Below, piece after piece: positions 17,473 to 27,149 of a DNA stretch of 27,274 nt. The position numbers were made by a program, and so were the translations under genes. Below the pieces are notes generated by a model. That model searched no databases and had not been told where the DNA came from. It saw only the letters and a program-made list of their open reading frames with translations. The stretch spans positions 1 to 27,274 of the forward strand of contig JBPCLP010000038.1 in NCBI GenBank assembly GCA_051003195.1, read 5' to 3'. This stretch comes from Candidatus Sumerlaeaceae bacterium (GTDB taxonomy: Bacteria; Sumerlaeota; Sumerlaeia; Sumerlaeales; Sumerlaeaceae). Numbering within the stretch: the stretch's first letter is position 1; the number at the start of each line of letters is the position of its first letter.

Positions 17473-17503
17473 GAGGCGCAGCTTTTCCTGCTGGCTGCGC
17501 CTC
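17473..17503. other. Intergenic stem-loop (mRNA stabiliser or weak terminator)
   Basis: GAGGCGCAGC-N11-GCTGCGCCTC, perfect 10-bp stem with no U-tract. Confidence 0.6.
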
Positions 17504-17514
17504 GATGATGTCGT

Positions 17515-20500
17515 ATGTTGAATCGTATATCGGCATGTGTCGCTAAAAGCCTCGGCTGCCTTGCAGCCGTGGTTCTGTGCTGCGCCTCTGCTCTGCGTAC
17601 GGAGGCGTTGCCGTTGGCGTGTATCATCTGCGAACAGGGCCCTGACACTAATACCGCGCAGCAGTGGCTGAAACAAAAACATAAAACGACACAGGTGGTT
17701 GATGCACAGGGTAATCCACTACCCGGTGTGCGAGTGGCGTTGCAGGGACGTGCGGAGCCTTTGCACCGGCCCCATACAGAGACGACCGCAACATATACGC
17801 GCGGCCCGGGGCTTTTCTCATACCTTGCAGACGCGCAGTCGACGCAGCAGCTGGTTTTTTCGAAAGCTGGATACGCAAGCGTAGCACATCGGGTAGCCGA
17901 AACGTTGCCGCGGCAAGTGGTCTTGCCTCGCGAACGTGTCCTCGCGGGAACGGTAGTCACCGCGGATGGTGCAGCGGTGGCGGGGGCAACGATTGGTCCG
18001 CTCGAAATTCCGGATCCAGATGAAAGCCATGGCGATACGCCGCCCCCAGTGGTTCCGTACTTGATTGCGCAGACAGACGTCAGCGGCAGGTTTGAAGTGC
18101 GCGGCCTGCACGATACACAGTATCGATTGGCAGCGCGGGCGCCGGGCCTGTGCAGCTTCTCGATTAAAGCCAGGCCCGGGGACGCCTTGCGGGTTTTAAT
18201 GCCTGCCGATGGAACTTCAGTAACGGGCCATCTCGCCGGCTCACGTGACGGTCACCCTGTACCGGGTGCACGGATCCAGGCACGGTGCGGGGATCTCAAG
18301 GAGTATGCCCTAAGCGATTCGGAGGGTTGCTTTTCCTTTGATTGCCTGTCGCGCCAGACATGGATTTTCAGCGCGTTGGCAGCAGCAACCGAGTTGCCGC
18401 ATCCAGTTGTTACCATCGAGGTGGGAGATAGACGGCAATTATCGAACGCGGTGCGGCTGACTTACAACCAGGGCATATCTGTGCGCGGTACGGCGATTGA
18501 TGCGGATACGTCAGCTGCAATTCCAGACCTGGCCCTGATCATTGAAGATCCGGTGCCGCAACGGTCGCAGACCGACCCGGGGGGCAGATTCGAATTCAAG
18601 AATGTGAATGGATTATCCGACATCAGCATTCGTTACGACTCGCACCATTTCGCTTTTCTTGAAAATGGATCGATCAGCGACCGCGTACGCTTGCACCCGA
18701 ACAGCGCGGAGGATCTTACTACAGTCGCCATTCCGTTGCACCGCCGGGCACACATTACGGGGAAGGTCATTGGACCGGATGATGCACCTTCACGTTCGGC
18801 TACGGTCTTCTTGCGCCGGCTGAATGGGGCAGCGATGCTAAACGGTGCGGCGCAGCGGCCGACCATGCACCGGTCGGAACCAGCAGCCGACGGAAGCTTC
18901 GCATTCGACGTGTTTCCCGCAGGTACCTACGAAGTGTCTGCGTCCGATGCCGGCGGTGTTTCACTGCCGCAGAAGGTGGATGCCAGCATCACATCATCGG
19001 TCGCAATCACCCTGCGGCTCATGCCACCGCGCACTGTGCACGGGATGGTGCTTGATGCGGATGGCGAACCGGTCACCGGCGCCATGGTGGAAGCGCGGCT
19101 TGCGGGCGAACCGAGCGCCGAATGGTCGAACACCGAAAGGAGTGACGGTGCGGGACAGTTTACGTTGCAGGGCCTGCCGCCGCGGCCAATGAAAATACGC
19201 GCACGGCACGAGGAATTTGCAACGGTGACAGAATCCGGGGTCGACGGGGCCGGTCCGTTAACAGCACCGCTGTATCTGAAATTTCCTGCGGGCAGTGATT
19301 TTGTTGCGGAGGTGGCATCGGCTGACGGCGTACCCGTGTCGGACGCGGAGCTTACGGCCGAATATTTTAATGCAGGTGAAGTGCTGCGGGCCGAAACCAG
19401 GACGACAACTGAAGGGCTGGCGCGAATCCGCTCTTTCCCTGCCGCAAAACTGGATCGACTTATGGTCAGCAGCCCCACGCACCTGGGTTTCGAGGCAAAG
19501 GATATCGCTCTGGGTCATACGACAACCACGGTCAAATTGCTACGCCGCGGGAATGTGACTCTGCATGCTGCGGACTTAGATGGTGCAACGTCGGCAGGCG
19601 AAGCGGTCGCGATTTTGTTTAAGCGCGGGGATGCCGATGAGTTTACTTTACTATGCCAGGCAACTGTTTCCCCAAGCGGGCTGGCGCGTTTCGAAAATCA
19701 GGAGCCGGGTTGGTATAAGGGGGCTGTGCGGGCGGGTGAGGGCTATGCGGAATCAGATGCTTTTGAATTAGTGCCGGAAGAACAGAAGCGGGTGGAGCTC
19801 TCCGTTATGCCGGGCTCGGTGCTGGATGGAATTATCACGGACAAGGGAACGGGCGCGGCGGTGCAGGGAGCGATGGTTACGATTGAGCCGAAGCTCAATG
19901 CCGTTGCGCTTCTCCTGCCCCGGCAATCCACTTCAGCCGCGAGCGGGACGTTCTCATTCCCACGCATTTCCAATTGCGAGCTGCTCGTGAGGGTAACTCA
20001 TCCGGGTTATCCCAGGTGGTCGCGCGTTGTGCGGACCGGCGAAAGCCAGCAGACGCATGTCGACGTGCGGCTTTCATCGCAGCTGGTGCGTGTGCATGGC
20101 CGGACATGGTATGCAAATCGTCCCATCGCGAACACGCTTGTGGTACTGACGGCAAAATCGACCCAGGAAAACCCGTATCTGTCCACCATGTCCCGGGCGG
20201 ATGGCAGCTACGAGCTTTCCGGAATTCCGCCCGGCGAATATTTCCTCAACGCAGAGGCGCCTGTATCGGAAGATGAGCGTCTGGGCCACCGCAGCTATTC
20301 ATTGGATTTAAAAGAAGACAGCGCCGGGCAGCAGATCGATATTGCTTTTGCGCGCCCGGTTCGCGTGAAGGGCGAAGTGCGAAGCATCGGCGAAAGGATT
20401 TCAAATTCCACAGAAGTAGTGGAGCAGGTACAGTTTGTGCCGATATTTGCCGGAGGGGTGACACAAGCGGCTACGCTCAAGGGGCAAGCGTTTGAGATCG

Positions 20501-20607
20501 AACTGGAGCCCGGAGATTATCACGCGATCGTAGCGGATGAAGCCCCGCAGCAGGTCAACATTCCTGCGGTGTATAGTCAGCCCGCACAGATCATCCTGAA
20601 GCGATGA
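17515..20607 (+). CDS. Secreted protein of tandem carboxypeptidase-regulatory-like (prealbumin-like beta-sandwich) domains
   Basis: 1030 aa with repeated G.V.DADG.PV.GA.V...TD..G.F...GL units and an N-terminal signal-like segment. Confidence 0.85.
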   Translation: MLNRISACVAKSLGCLAAVVLCCASALRTEALPLACIICEQGPDTNTAQQWLKQKHKTTQVVDAQGNPLPGVRVALQGRAEPLHRPHTETTATYTRGPGLFSYLADAQSTQQLVFSKAGYASVAHRVAETLPRQVVLPRERVLAGTVVTADGAAVAGATIGPLEIPDPDESHGDTPPPVVPYLIAQTDVSGRFEVRGLHDTQYRLAARAPGLCSFSIKARPGDALRVLMPADGTSVTGHLAGSRDGHPVPGARIQARCGDLKEYALSDSEGCFSFDCLSRQTWIFSALAAATELPHPVVTIEVGDRRQLSNAVRLTYNQGISVRGTAIDADTSAAIPDLALIIEDPVPQRSQTDPGGRFEFKNVNGLSDISIRYDSHHFAFLENGSISDRVRLHPNSAEDLTTVAIPLHRRAHITGKVIGPDDAPSRSATVFLRRLNGAAMLNGAAQRPTMHRSEPAADGSFAFDVFPAGTYEVSASDAGGVSLPQKVDASITSSVAITLRLMPPRTVHGMVLDADGEPVTGAMVEARLAGEPSAEWSNTERSDGAGQFTLQGLPPRPMKIRARHEEFATVTESGVDGAGPLTAPLYLKFPAGSDFVAEVASADGVPVSDAELTAEYFNAGEVLRAETRTTTEGLARIRSFPAAKLDRLMVSSPTHLGFEAKDIALGHTTTTVKLLRRGNVTLHAADLDGATSAGEAVAILFKRGDADEFTLLCQATVSPSGLARFENQEPGWYKGAVRAGEGYAESDAFELVPEEQKRVELSVMPGSVLDGIITDKGTGAAVQGAMVTIEPKLNAVALLLPRQSTSAASGTFSFPRISNCELLVRVTHPGYPRWSRVVRTGESQQTHVDVRLSSQLVRVHGRTWYANRPIANTLVVLTAKSTQENPYLSTMSRADGSYELSGIPPGEYFLNAEAPVSEDERLGHRSYSLDLKEDSAGQQIDIAFARPVRVKGEVRSIGERISNSTEVVEQVQFVPIFAGGVTQAATLKGQAFEIELEPGDYHAIVADEAPQQVNIPAVYSQPAQIILKR

Positions 20608-21194
20608 CATTGGGCACTTCGCGCAAACCGCGTATCGCGACCCAGCTGTTGATTGCGGGTTGCACCGTGGCGCTGACGTCGGGGGCGCTGGCTCACAGCT
20701 TTCACGGTATGAGTACCCGCGTGATTGTGGGGAGAGAGCGAATTACCGTGCTGCTTTCCATGGTGAACGCAGATGTCGCGGTGCTCGCGTGGGCCGCGGA
20801 CGGAGATCACAATGGCCAGCTTTCGGCGGGCGAATTTACTATGGCGAGCGATTCACTGACGAGTGCTGTCGCAGCACGTTTCCTGCTGACGAACAACAGC
20901 ACCCCCCTCGAACCGTCCGTCACAAAAGCGCAGGTTGCATCGACCGATCCGCTCACCAGCCAGCCGCACGAAATTTCCGTAACGCTGCTCTACACGCTTC
21001 CCGATGAAAAGCGGTTCGAGAAACTTTTCCTGAACCCTAACCTTTTCCGTGATATTCCCGGTCAGCCGTTGGCCTACCAGACGCCGCCGCAAGGTAGCCA
21101 GACGAACCAGGTCACCGTTTTCGATTGCGATGCGGTGACATTCGAAACCAGCGGCACGCGCACCTATGAGACCGTGGTCGGCAAGTGTGAGTAG
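20604..21194 (+). CDS. Small secreted protein with an EF-hand-like loop, resembling the N-terminal domain of HupE/UreJ-associated proteins
   Basis: Signal peptide ending ALA|H, loop DGDHNGQLSAGE; ATGA overlap with the upstream stop. Confidence 0.65.
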   Translation: MTLGTSRKPRIATQLLIAGCTVALTSGALAHSFHGMSTRVIVGRERITVLLSMVNADVAVLAWAADGDHNGQLSAGEFTMASDSLTSAVAARFLLTNNSTPLEPSVTKAQVASTDPLTSQPHEISVTLLYTLPDEKRFEKLFLNPNLFRDIPGQPLAYQTPPQGSQTNQVTVFDCDAVTFETSGTRTYETVVGKCE

Positions 21195-22929
21195 GGATGG
21201 CGCTAACACTCTTCTAAACCACCGGGCTTGCCCTTACGTCTTAGTCATTCTTGCCGCGCTGCTCACCTTTGGCCGAAGCGTGGGCTACACATTCCTGGAT
21301 TGGGATGATCTGCTGAACATCGCAGAAAATTCTGCGCTGAAGCAACCTTTCCTCAGCGGACTCGTCCAGATCTGGTCGGGGCCGTACGCGCAGATGTATA
21401 TTCCCGTGGTATATTCTACGTTCCTGCTGGACAGCATCTGGGGCAGCGGTCACCCGGCGGTGTTTCATGGCGTCAATGTGCTGGTCCATGCTGCTACGAG
21501 TTGCGTTGTGTATGTGCTGATTTGTGAAGCTCTGCGCCACGTGCACGCGCAGAAGGCGATGCATGATATTGAGGCTGATGTTAAGCCTTCCGCATTGGCA
21601 GGAGCTCTGCTCTTCGCGTTGCACCCGTTGCAGGCGGAGGCGGTATCGTGGGTTACGGGACGCAAGGATCTGCTCTGCGGATTGTTTTCTGTGCTTTGTC
21701 TATACGGTTTTCTTCGGTGGCTGGTGCGGCGACGAACCGTTTATTTAGCCGTCGCGTCTGTTTCCATGCTGCTGGCGTTGCTGTGTAAGCCGACCGCGGT
21801 GATGCTGCCTCTCCTTGCGGGAGCGCTCGCCTTGTGCTTCCCGGACAGATGGCGGGCTTCCCTGGCAGCACTGTTGCCCTGGGTAATGATCTCTGTTTGC
21901 TGGGCCGCTTTTTCGGTGAATCTGCAGACAGGAATCGGAACGGAATCGGCTATTCTGCCCGTCTGGAAACGGCCGTTTCTTGCAGCTGACTCCATTCTCT
22001 TCTACGTACAAAAAATCCTGCTCCCCGTTGGCCTGGCACCGATCTACGATCGAAGTGTGGAATCGGTTTTCACGACGCCGGCCATATGGCTGAAGTTGCC
22101 GTTATTGATCGCGGGGTTGGCAGCCGCGGTTCTAGGCTCGAGGATCATTGCAATCAGTTGTTTCTGGTTTGTTGTTCCGCTGCTGCCGGTTTCAGGTCTT
22201 TATCCGTTTCAGTATCAATCGATCTCGACGGTGGCTGACAGGTACGGCTACATTTCCATGCTTGGTGTGGCGCTGGCTGCCAGTGTTGCGCTCGTGCGGC
22301 CAGGCCGGCAACCGGCGCACAAGCACTTGTACGGGACAGCAATCGTGACTGTGCTGCTGGTTCTGGCGTGCGTCAGTTTTCGGCAATCGGGGCACTGGAA
22401 GAATTCAAGGACATTGTGGGAGCGCGAACTCGCGGTGAACCCCGCAAATAGCCAGGCGTTGGTTAACCTTGCCACCGGTTACGCGGAAGAGTCACGTTGG
22501 GCGCTTGCGACGGAGAAACTGCTGCAGGCGATTCGTTCCGATCCCGAATATGCCCCGGCATATTCGAACCTGCTGATCGTGGCGAGCGCGGCTGGTCGCG
22601 ACCAGGACGTCAAACGCACCGCGCTGGAAATAATCGAGCGGTTCGGCACCCGGGGAAAAACTGGTGGCGGCAGCGTAGCTTCGTATATCGCGCTCGCGCG
22701 TGCATATGGTATGACTGGGAATAGTGAGTCAGCGATCCAGGCGTACCGTGCGGCATTGCATGGAGATCCAGAGAATGCGATGACCTGGTATGAACTCGCA
22801 CTCGCACACAGGGAAGCAGGCGATACCTCTGCCTCGCGACACGCGCTAAACCATGCACTCGCGATCGAGCCTAATAGCACGATGGCACTCAACCTGATCA
22901 CCGAACTTCGATTATCTGATAAGAAGTAG
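21166..22929 (+). CDS. TMTC-like GT-C membrane glycosyltransferase with C-terminal TPR repeats
   Basis: FLDWDD..NI..N first-loop acidic motif, YIPV, FHGVNVLVH, LFALHPLQAEAVSWVTGRKDLL, LLCKP, ADRYGY, W.NS.TLW, then TPRs; many hydrophobic segments. Start uncertain (GTG 21187 possible). Confidence 0.9.
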   Translation: MRPWSASVSRDGANTLLNHRACPYVLVILAALLTFGRSVGYTFLDWDDLLNIAENSALKQPFLSGLVQIWSGPYAQMYIPVVYSTFLLDSIWGSGHPAVFHGVNVLVHAATSCVVYVLICEALRHVHAQKAMHDIEADVKPSALAGALLFALHPLQAEAVSWVTGRKDLLCGLFSVLCLYGFLRWLVRRRTVYLAVASVSMLLALLCKPTAVMLPLLAGALALCFPDRWRASLAALLPWVMISVCWAAFSVNLQTGIGTESAILPVWKRPFLAADSILFYVQKILLPVGLAPIYDRSVESVFTTPAIWLKLPLLIAGLAAAVLGSRIIAISCFWFVVPLLPVSGLYPFQYQSISTVADRYGYISMLGVALAASVALVRPGRQPAHKHLYGTAIVTVLLVLACVSFRQSGHWKNSRTLWERELAVNPANSQALVNLATGYAEESRWALATEKLLQAIRSDPEYAPAYSNLLIVASAAGRDQDVKRTALEIIERFGTRGKTGGGSVASYIALARAYGMTGNSESAIQAYRAALHGDPENAMTWYELALAHREAGDTSASRHALNHALAIEPNSTMALNLITELRLSDKK

Positions 22930-22943
22930 GCCGAGGCGCGTTA

Positions 22944-23951
22944 TCACGGCGCAGGCGGGCCGAGCGGCTCATCCACGATCTGCGGAGTTGGTCCAACGTA
23001 GGGAGCTACTGTTCCCGTCGGAGCGGCCGTGGGGAAAGGGGTCTCCGCGGTAAATGGCGTTGGGCTTGGCCAGGGCGTTTTCATGGGACCACGTGTGGGC
23101 GTCGGCCGCACGTCGGCCTGAACATACGCGTTGAGCACATTTCTGCAATCAGGGTCCGTCTCTATGGCGAGCTGTTGCCGGTAGAACTCACGATTGTCGT
23201 TCCTGGTCACATTCAACGCACGGTATGCCTGCGCACGTTCCACAGGATCGCTGAGGGCCTGGGCATCCAGCTGCATCTGGGCAATGATCTGCTGACGTTC
23301 CTCGGCGCGACCAAGGCCAACCTCGTGCGAAAGCCGCACAAGTCCTTCGCCGGCATTGATCCGTTCTTCGGGCAGCGTATCGGCAGCCTTTAAGACGTCG
23401 CGCAAAAACTCCTCGGAGGCGGGATGCTGTAGTTCGATGGCCATACGCTGCACGGCAAGCCGATCCATTTTATCCACGGGATGCGCGTGAATTTCCCGTG
23501 CAGCCACGATGATTTCTTCCGCGTAGTTGGTGCTGTAGGGCATATAGCCGAGAAAGACAATGAGGTTGTCGCGCACCTGGGGATCGGTCTCTGTCTTAAG
23601 CAGCTCGAGAATCTGGAATACAGATTGCGGATCTTTAAGGTCCACAAGTTCCGGCACGATGTATCGCCGCTTCGCTGGGTCGGTCTCCGCCAGGAATTTA
23701 AGCACAATCGCGCGGCGGCGTTCGTCCATCGGCGTTAATGGCGATGAGACGATAATCTTTGGCATTTTTGGCGGAGCGGCGCGTGGCTTTCGATTCGTGC
23801 TCAGCTGTTTCAATCTGGAGTCGGCATCGACCACAGCTGATGCCGCTTCGGCATCGGCTTTTTTGCCGGACCTGCCGCTAAGACTGAGCAAGCCAACCGC
23901 AATCGCGAGAGTGACCACCACCACAATCAGTATTTTTTTCAGGTTCTCCAC
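22944..23951 (-). CDS. Membrane-anchored HEAT-repeat-like protein with a Pro/Thr-rich tail
   Basis: Start moved to GTG 23951 (RBS GGAGGA; the ORF-track extension runs through a terminator). N-terminal TM (KKILIVVVVTLAIAVGLLSL), ETDP.VR-type helical repeats, PTPT/PSPTP tail. Confidence 0.75.
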   Translation of the reverse strand: MENLKKILIVVVVTLAIAVGLLSLSGRSGKKADAEAASAVVDADSRLKQLSTNRKPRAAPPKMPKIIVSSPLTPMDERRRAIVLKFLAETDPAKRRYIVPELVDLKDPQSVFQILELLKTETDPQVRDNLIVFLGYMPYSTNYAEEIIVAAREIHAHPVDKMDRLAVQRMAIELQHPASEEFLRDVLKAADTLPEERINAGEGLVRLSHEVGLGRAEERQQIIAQMQLDAQALSDPVERAQAYRALNVTRNDNREFYRQQLAIETDPDCRNVLNAYVQADVRPTPTRGPMKTPWPSPTPFTAETPFPTAAPTGTVAPYVGPTPQIVDEPLGPPAP

Positions 23952-23992
23952 AGGGCAGTAATTCCTCCGCGAACTAAATAGAGCAATCGAGT

Positions 23993-24033
23993 AAAGAAGA
24001 AGGGACCGGGTGTCCAGCAAACCCGGTCCCTTC
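23993..24033 (-). terminator. Probable intrinsic terminator after the GH-A-like gene
   Basis: 13-bp perfect stem GAAGGGACCGGGT (23999-24011) / ACCCGGTCCCTTC (24021-24033), followed on minus by UUCUUU. Confidence 0.75.
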
Positions 24034-24063
24034 ATACCTGCGGTACTACTCGCTAGCAGCTTT

Positions 24064-25023
24064 TTACATTAAGCGATCGCGGACCGTGTAATAAGCAGTA
24101 CGCGGACTGCTATCGGAATTAACGACACCGCTATCCTCGCTCGAGCCATCGTAGAAACAGTAGTGATAGTGCCGGGTGATACGCGTGCTGAGCGTGGTGC
24201 ACCGGTGCAGAAATCTTACAGCGTCGGATTGCTGAGCCTGGGTAAATGTGCGCGTTACCCCACCACTGGTAAATTTCAGAAACGCCCCGGTTTCCGTATT
24301 CCAGAGGTGTGCATAGCCCCAGGTCGGACCCGAAATGGTGTCACGGAAGAACTTCGTCTGCACAGCGTTATAGTCACCCGACCATTGCATTTTGCGAACG
24401 TCAGTCCAGGCATGGTAGCCAAACGGCATTGGGCGGTTGGCACCGAGGTAATAAAAGTAGTCATTAATGTCGGCGGCGAGATTTGCGCGGCCGGTTGAGC
24501 TATCGCTTGGGCCTGCCCACTCACCCGCGACCTTGGTGCGCGACGTGCGCGCATGTAGCTTATTGTAGTAACCGGCGGCTTGTGCAATGGTTGGCATGGT
24601 CTTGCCGGAAAAATTAGGCTCGTTCCAGGATCCGATAATGGGGAGCTGGGGGTAACTGGACAAAGGCCATGCGCCAAGGAAGTCCGCGATGGCGGTATCA
24701 TACTGGCCAGTCAGCGGAACGGGGCCTGTAGGGGCATCGGCGTCGTTCATCAGCGTGGCCATGACCTCAGTCCCTTTAGCTGAAGCATTTGCCAGCATGT
24801 TCTGAAAATTGACCCGTTCCGAATGGGTGGTCGCTTTCTGCGCAACATTGTAAGATACGCACATTCTTACCCGGAAGACGTTAGACCCGACCCAGGAGTA
24901 GCGGTTCAACTCCCCGGCATGTGAGTCAGCGTACCCGACGGCAGCGTCCATGGCGACGCCGTAATTTGCTGGCAGCAACACAAGACAAGCTGTGGCCGCT
25001 AATGAAAACCCGCGAATGATCAT
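24064..25023 (-). CDS. Secreted clan GH-A-like glycoside hydrolase (TIM barrel), family unassigned
   Basis: Signal peptide; WNEPN (acid/base), GYHAW, LWNTETG (nucleophile), DSGVVNSDSSPRTAY; RBS CAGGAG. Confidence 0.72.
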   Translation of the reverse strand: MIIRGFSLAATACLVLLPANYGVAMDAAVGYADSHAGELNRYSWVGSNVFRVRMCVSYNVAQKATTHSERVNFQNMLANASAKGTEVMATLMNDADAPTGPVPLTGQYDTAIADFLGAWPLSSYPQLPIIGSWNEPNFSGKTMPTIAQAAGYYNKLHARTSRTKVAGEWAGPSDSSTGRANLAADINDYFYYLGANRPMPFGYHAWTDVRKMQWSGDYNAVQTKFFRDTISGPTWGYAHLWNTETGAFLKFTSGGVTRTFTQAQQSDAVRFLHRCTTLSTRITRHYHYCFYDGSSEDSGVVNSDSSPRTAYYTVRDRLM

Positions 25024-25379
25024 AAAATAGCTCCTGAAAAATGACGGGGGTTAGCCAGCAGCCCACGGGCTCAAAGCTGAGTCGGTGGCTGGCAGCCACA
25101 TGCAATGAAATGCGGGTCTCGCGCTCACGGTGGGCATCGAAGCTCAGAGACAATGACAGGAGGAGGCAGGCTCATTGGGAAGGTCAAGGCGAATATTATT
25201 CAAGCCTCATAAGAAACGGACGTCGCAAATCCCGACCGGGTCGGTCGAGGACTTCGTAGCAGGTAGAATTTCGCTGCCCGCAAAAATAATTGGACCGCTA
25301 CAAATGTCTTGATTTTTCAGCCCGGTATTATTACACCTGTCGAATTAATAGCGGCGTCAACATCAGCAGAGAAAGAAGA

Positions 25380-27137
25380 ATGATCATGAAGTTCATTCCA
25401 GGAATATTAACCGTTTTTGCGATGGCAAGTTGCTCGGCCGCGTTCGCCATTCCATTCGATAACACCACAGTAAATGGCACAGTGACCATTGGGGATCCAA
25501 GCGTAGTCCCAGGTACGTACGATTATCCCAGCCTTACCACTGCATCGCTGGCTTTTAATGCAGTCGCAACGCCGTTTATCCAGGGAAACTGGACCGTACG
25601 CTTAGCCACGAACCTGACTGAAGCCGAGAATTGCGGTTGGGGAAATACGATTCCCGTGGGAAGTTCGCTGACGATAAAGCCAGCGCTCACCGCTTCCCTC
25701 CCGGTGAACGTAACATTCACCACAGGCAGTGATACAGTCGCCATGGCAGACGGTCATTTTCTCATTGGAGCGCAGCAGGATACTGCAGCCACCACCGACA
25801 ACTTCGTCTATAATACAGACAATTTTACGATTGATGGGTCAGCAAATGGAACTTCGTCGCGGGACCTGATTTTTCAGAATACCGCTGCCGTAGGTGCAGC
25901 CGCAGCTTACATATTCCAGGCAATAGGTCCAATCGATAATACAATTATTAAGAACTGCATTATCCGCACGGGGGACATGCCTTCTGGCACGAATGAGGTA
26001 TCGTGTTTTCAGTTCACGAGTCGCTATAGCACAGCTGTACCGGTAACTCCCGAATCCGTTCCAACCAACGGGCAGGTCATCAACTGCGAACTCAGGGCGG
26101 ACGATCCGGACCGTCCGGGCGTTGGCTTTCGCTCTGCGCGAAGCGGAGCAACTTTAACTGCAGGATTCACCATCAACGGACTGGTTGTGGCAAATAACGA
26201 CATCTATGCGAGCGCGCAGGCAATGCGTATTGCTTTGGCTGGCAACGCAAACGTTTACAATAATCGCATCACCGTTGTGGGTCCAATGCAGGCAAACACA
26301 AACAACTTTGGCGGAGCCATTGAACACGAGCGAGCCAACGCCAGTGGCTGGACCATGAACATCTACAACAACAGGTTCCTGCAACTCCGCACCTTCGGAG
26401 CAACGACCCCGCACGGAATTCCAGGAGCAATCCACCTTGGACCGCTCGACACGGGAACGTCAGGCACCTATAATATCTATAACAACATGATTGCGGGCTT
26501 CGACTATAATCCCGGCTCACTCTACACGTATGGGGGCAGCAATACGGATGCGACGATGAATGCGATCCGCATCGACCAGGCGCCGTCGTGCACCTATAAT
26601 ATCTATCACAACTCGATTAATATTATAGACCAGCCAAACATCACCGGCACCGCGGATGCGGTTGGCCGGTTTGCTGCAATTGCTGTCGCAACTGCATCCT
26701 TCACGGGCACACTCAACATCAAGAACAACGTCATCCGCCAGGCAGAGAACCTTGGAAGTGTGTTCCATCGTACGGCAGCGGCGAGCAGCCTCTTCAGCTC
26801 GGATTTCAACAACTCTCACCTCGCCGGTGGGCTGAGGTTCGCCCGCGTTGCCACCACAGACTACGCTACACTGGCTGCGTGGCAAACCTCTCCAGGCTTC
26901 CCAGACGCAAACAGCACAGGCGTCGATCCGACGGTCGCGCAGGCTGGCTTTACCGGTGCATGGGTGTCGGCGACAGATCTCCACTTTAACGCTGCGCCTG
27001 GACCAGCCTACAATGGAACCCCCATTGCCCTTGTACCGACCGACATCGACGGTGATGCTCGCAGCGGCTCCACGCCGACCAAAGGCGTCGACGAGAAGGC
27101 GTCGGCCGCAAACGTTCAGACCTGGACACTTTACTAG
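25380..27137 (+). CDS. Secreted right-handed parallel beta-helix protein with a C-terminal xVxxWxLY tail
   Basis: Start moved to ATG 25380/25386 (signal peptide MKFIPGILTVFAMASCSAAFA). Asn-ladder repeats (IIKNCII, VYNNRI, IYNNRF, IYNNMI, IYHNSI, IKNNVI), TDIDGDAR....KGVDE motif, ends SAANVQTWTLY. Confidence 0.85.
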   Translation: MIMKFIPGILTVFAMASCSAAFAIPFDNTTVNGTVTIGDPSVVPGTYDYPSLTTASLAFNAVATPFIQGNWTVRLATNLTEAENCGWGNTIPVGSSLTIKPALTASLPVNVTFTTGSDTVAMADGHFLIGAQQDTAATTDNFVYNTDNFTIDGSANGTSSRDLIFQNTAAVGAAAAYIFQAIGPIDNTIIKNCIIRTGDMPSGTNEVSCFQFTSRYSTAVPVTPESVPTNGQVINCELRADDPDRPGVGFRSARSGATLTAGFTINGLVVANNDIYASAQAMRIALAGNANVYNNRITVVGPMQANTNNFGGAIEHERANASGWTMNIYNNRFLQLRTFGATTPHGIPGAIHLGPLDTGTSGTYNIYNNMIAGFDYNPGSLYTYGGSNTDATMNAIRIDQAPSCTYNIYHNSINIIDQPNITGTADAVGRFAAIAVATASFTGTLNIKNNVIRQAENLGSVFHRTAAASSLFSSDFNNSHLAGGLRFARVATTDYATLAAWQTSPGFPDANSTGVDPTVAQAGFTGAWVSATDLHFNAAPGPAYNGTPIALVPTDIDGDARSGSTPTKGVDEKASAANVQTWTLY

Positions 27138-27149
27138 CAGCATCTCTCA

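Noticed and set aside
25290..25379. N-terminal extension of the beta-helix protein in the ORF track
   Set aside because: TTG start in AT-rich promoter-like DNA; the signal peptide starts at ATG 25380/25386.
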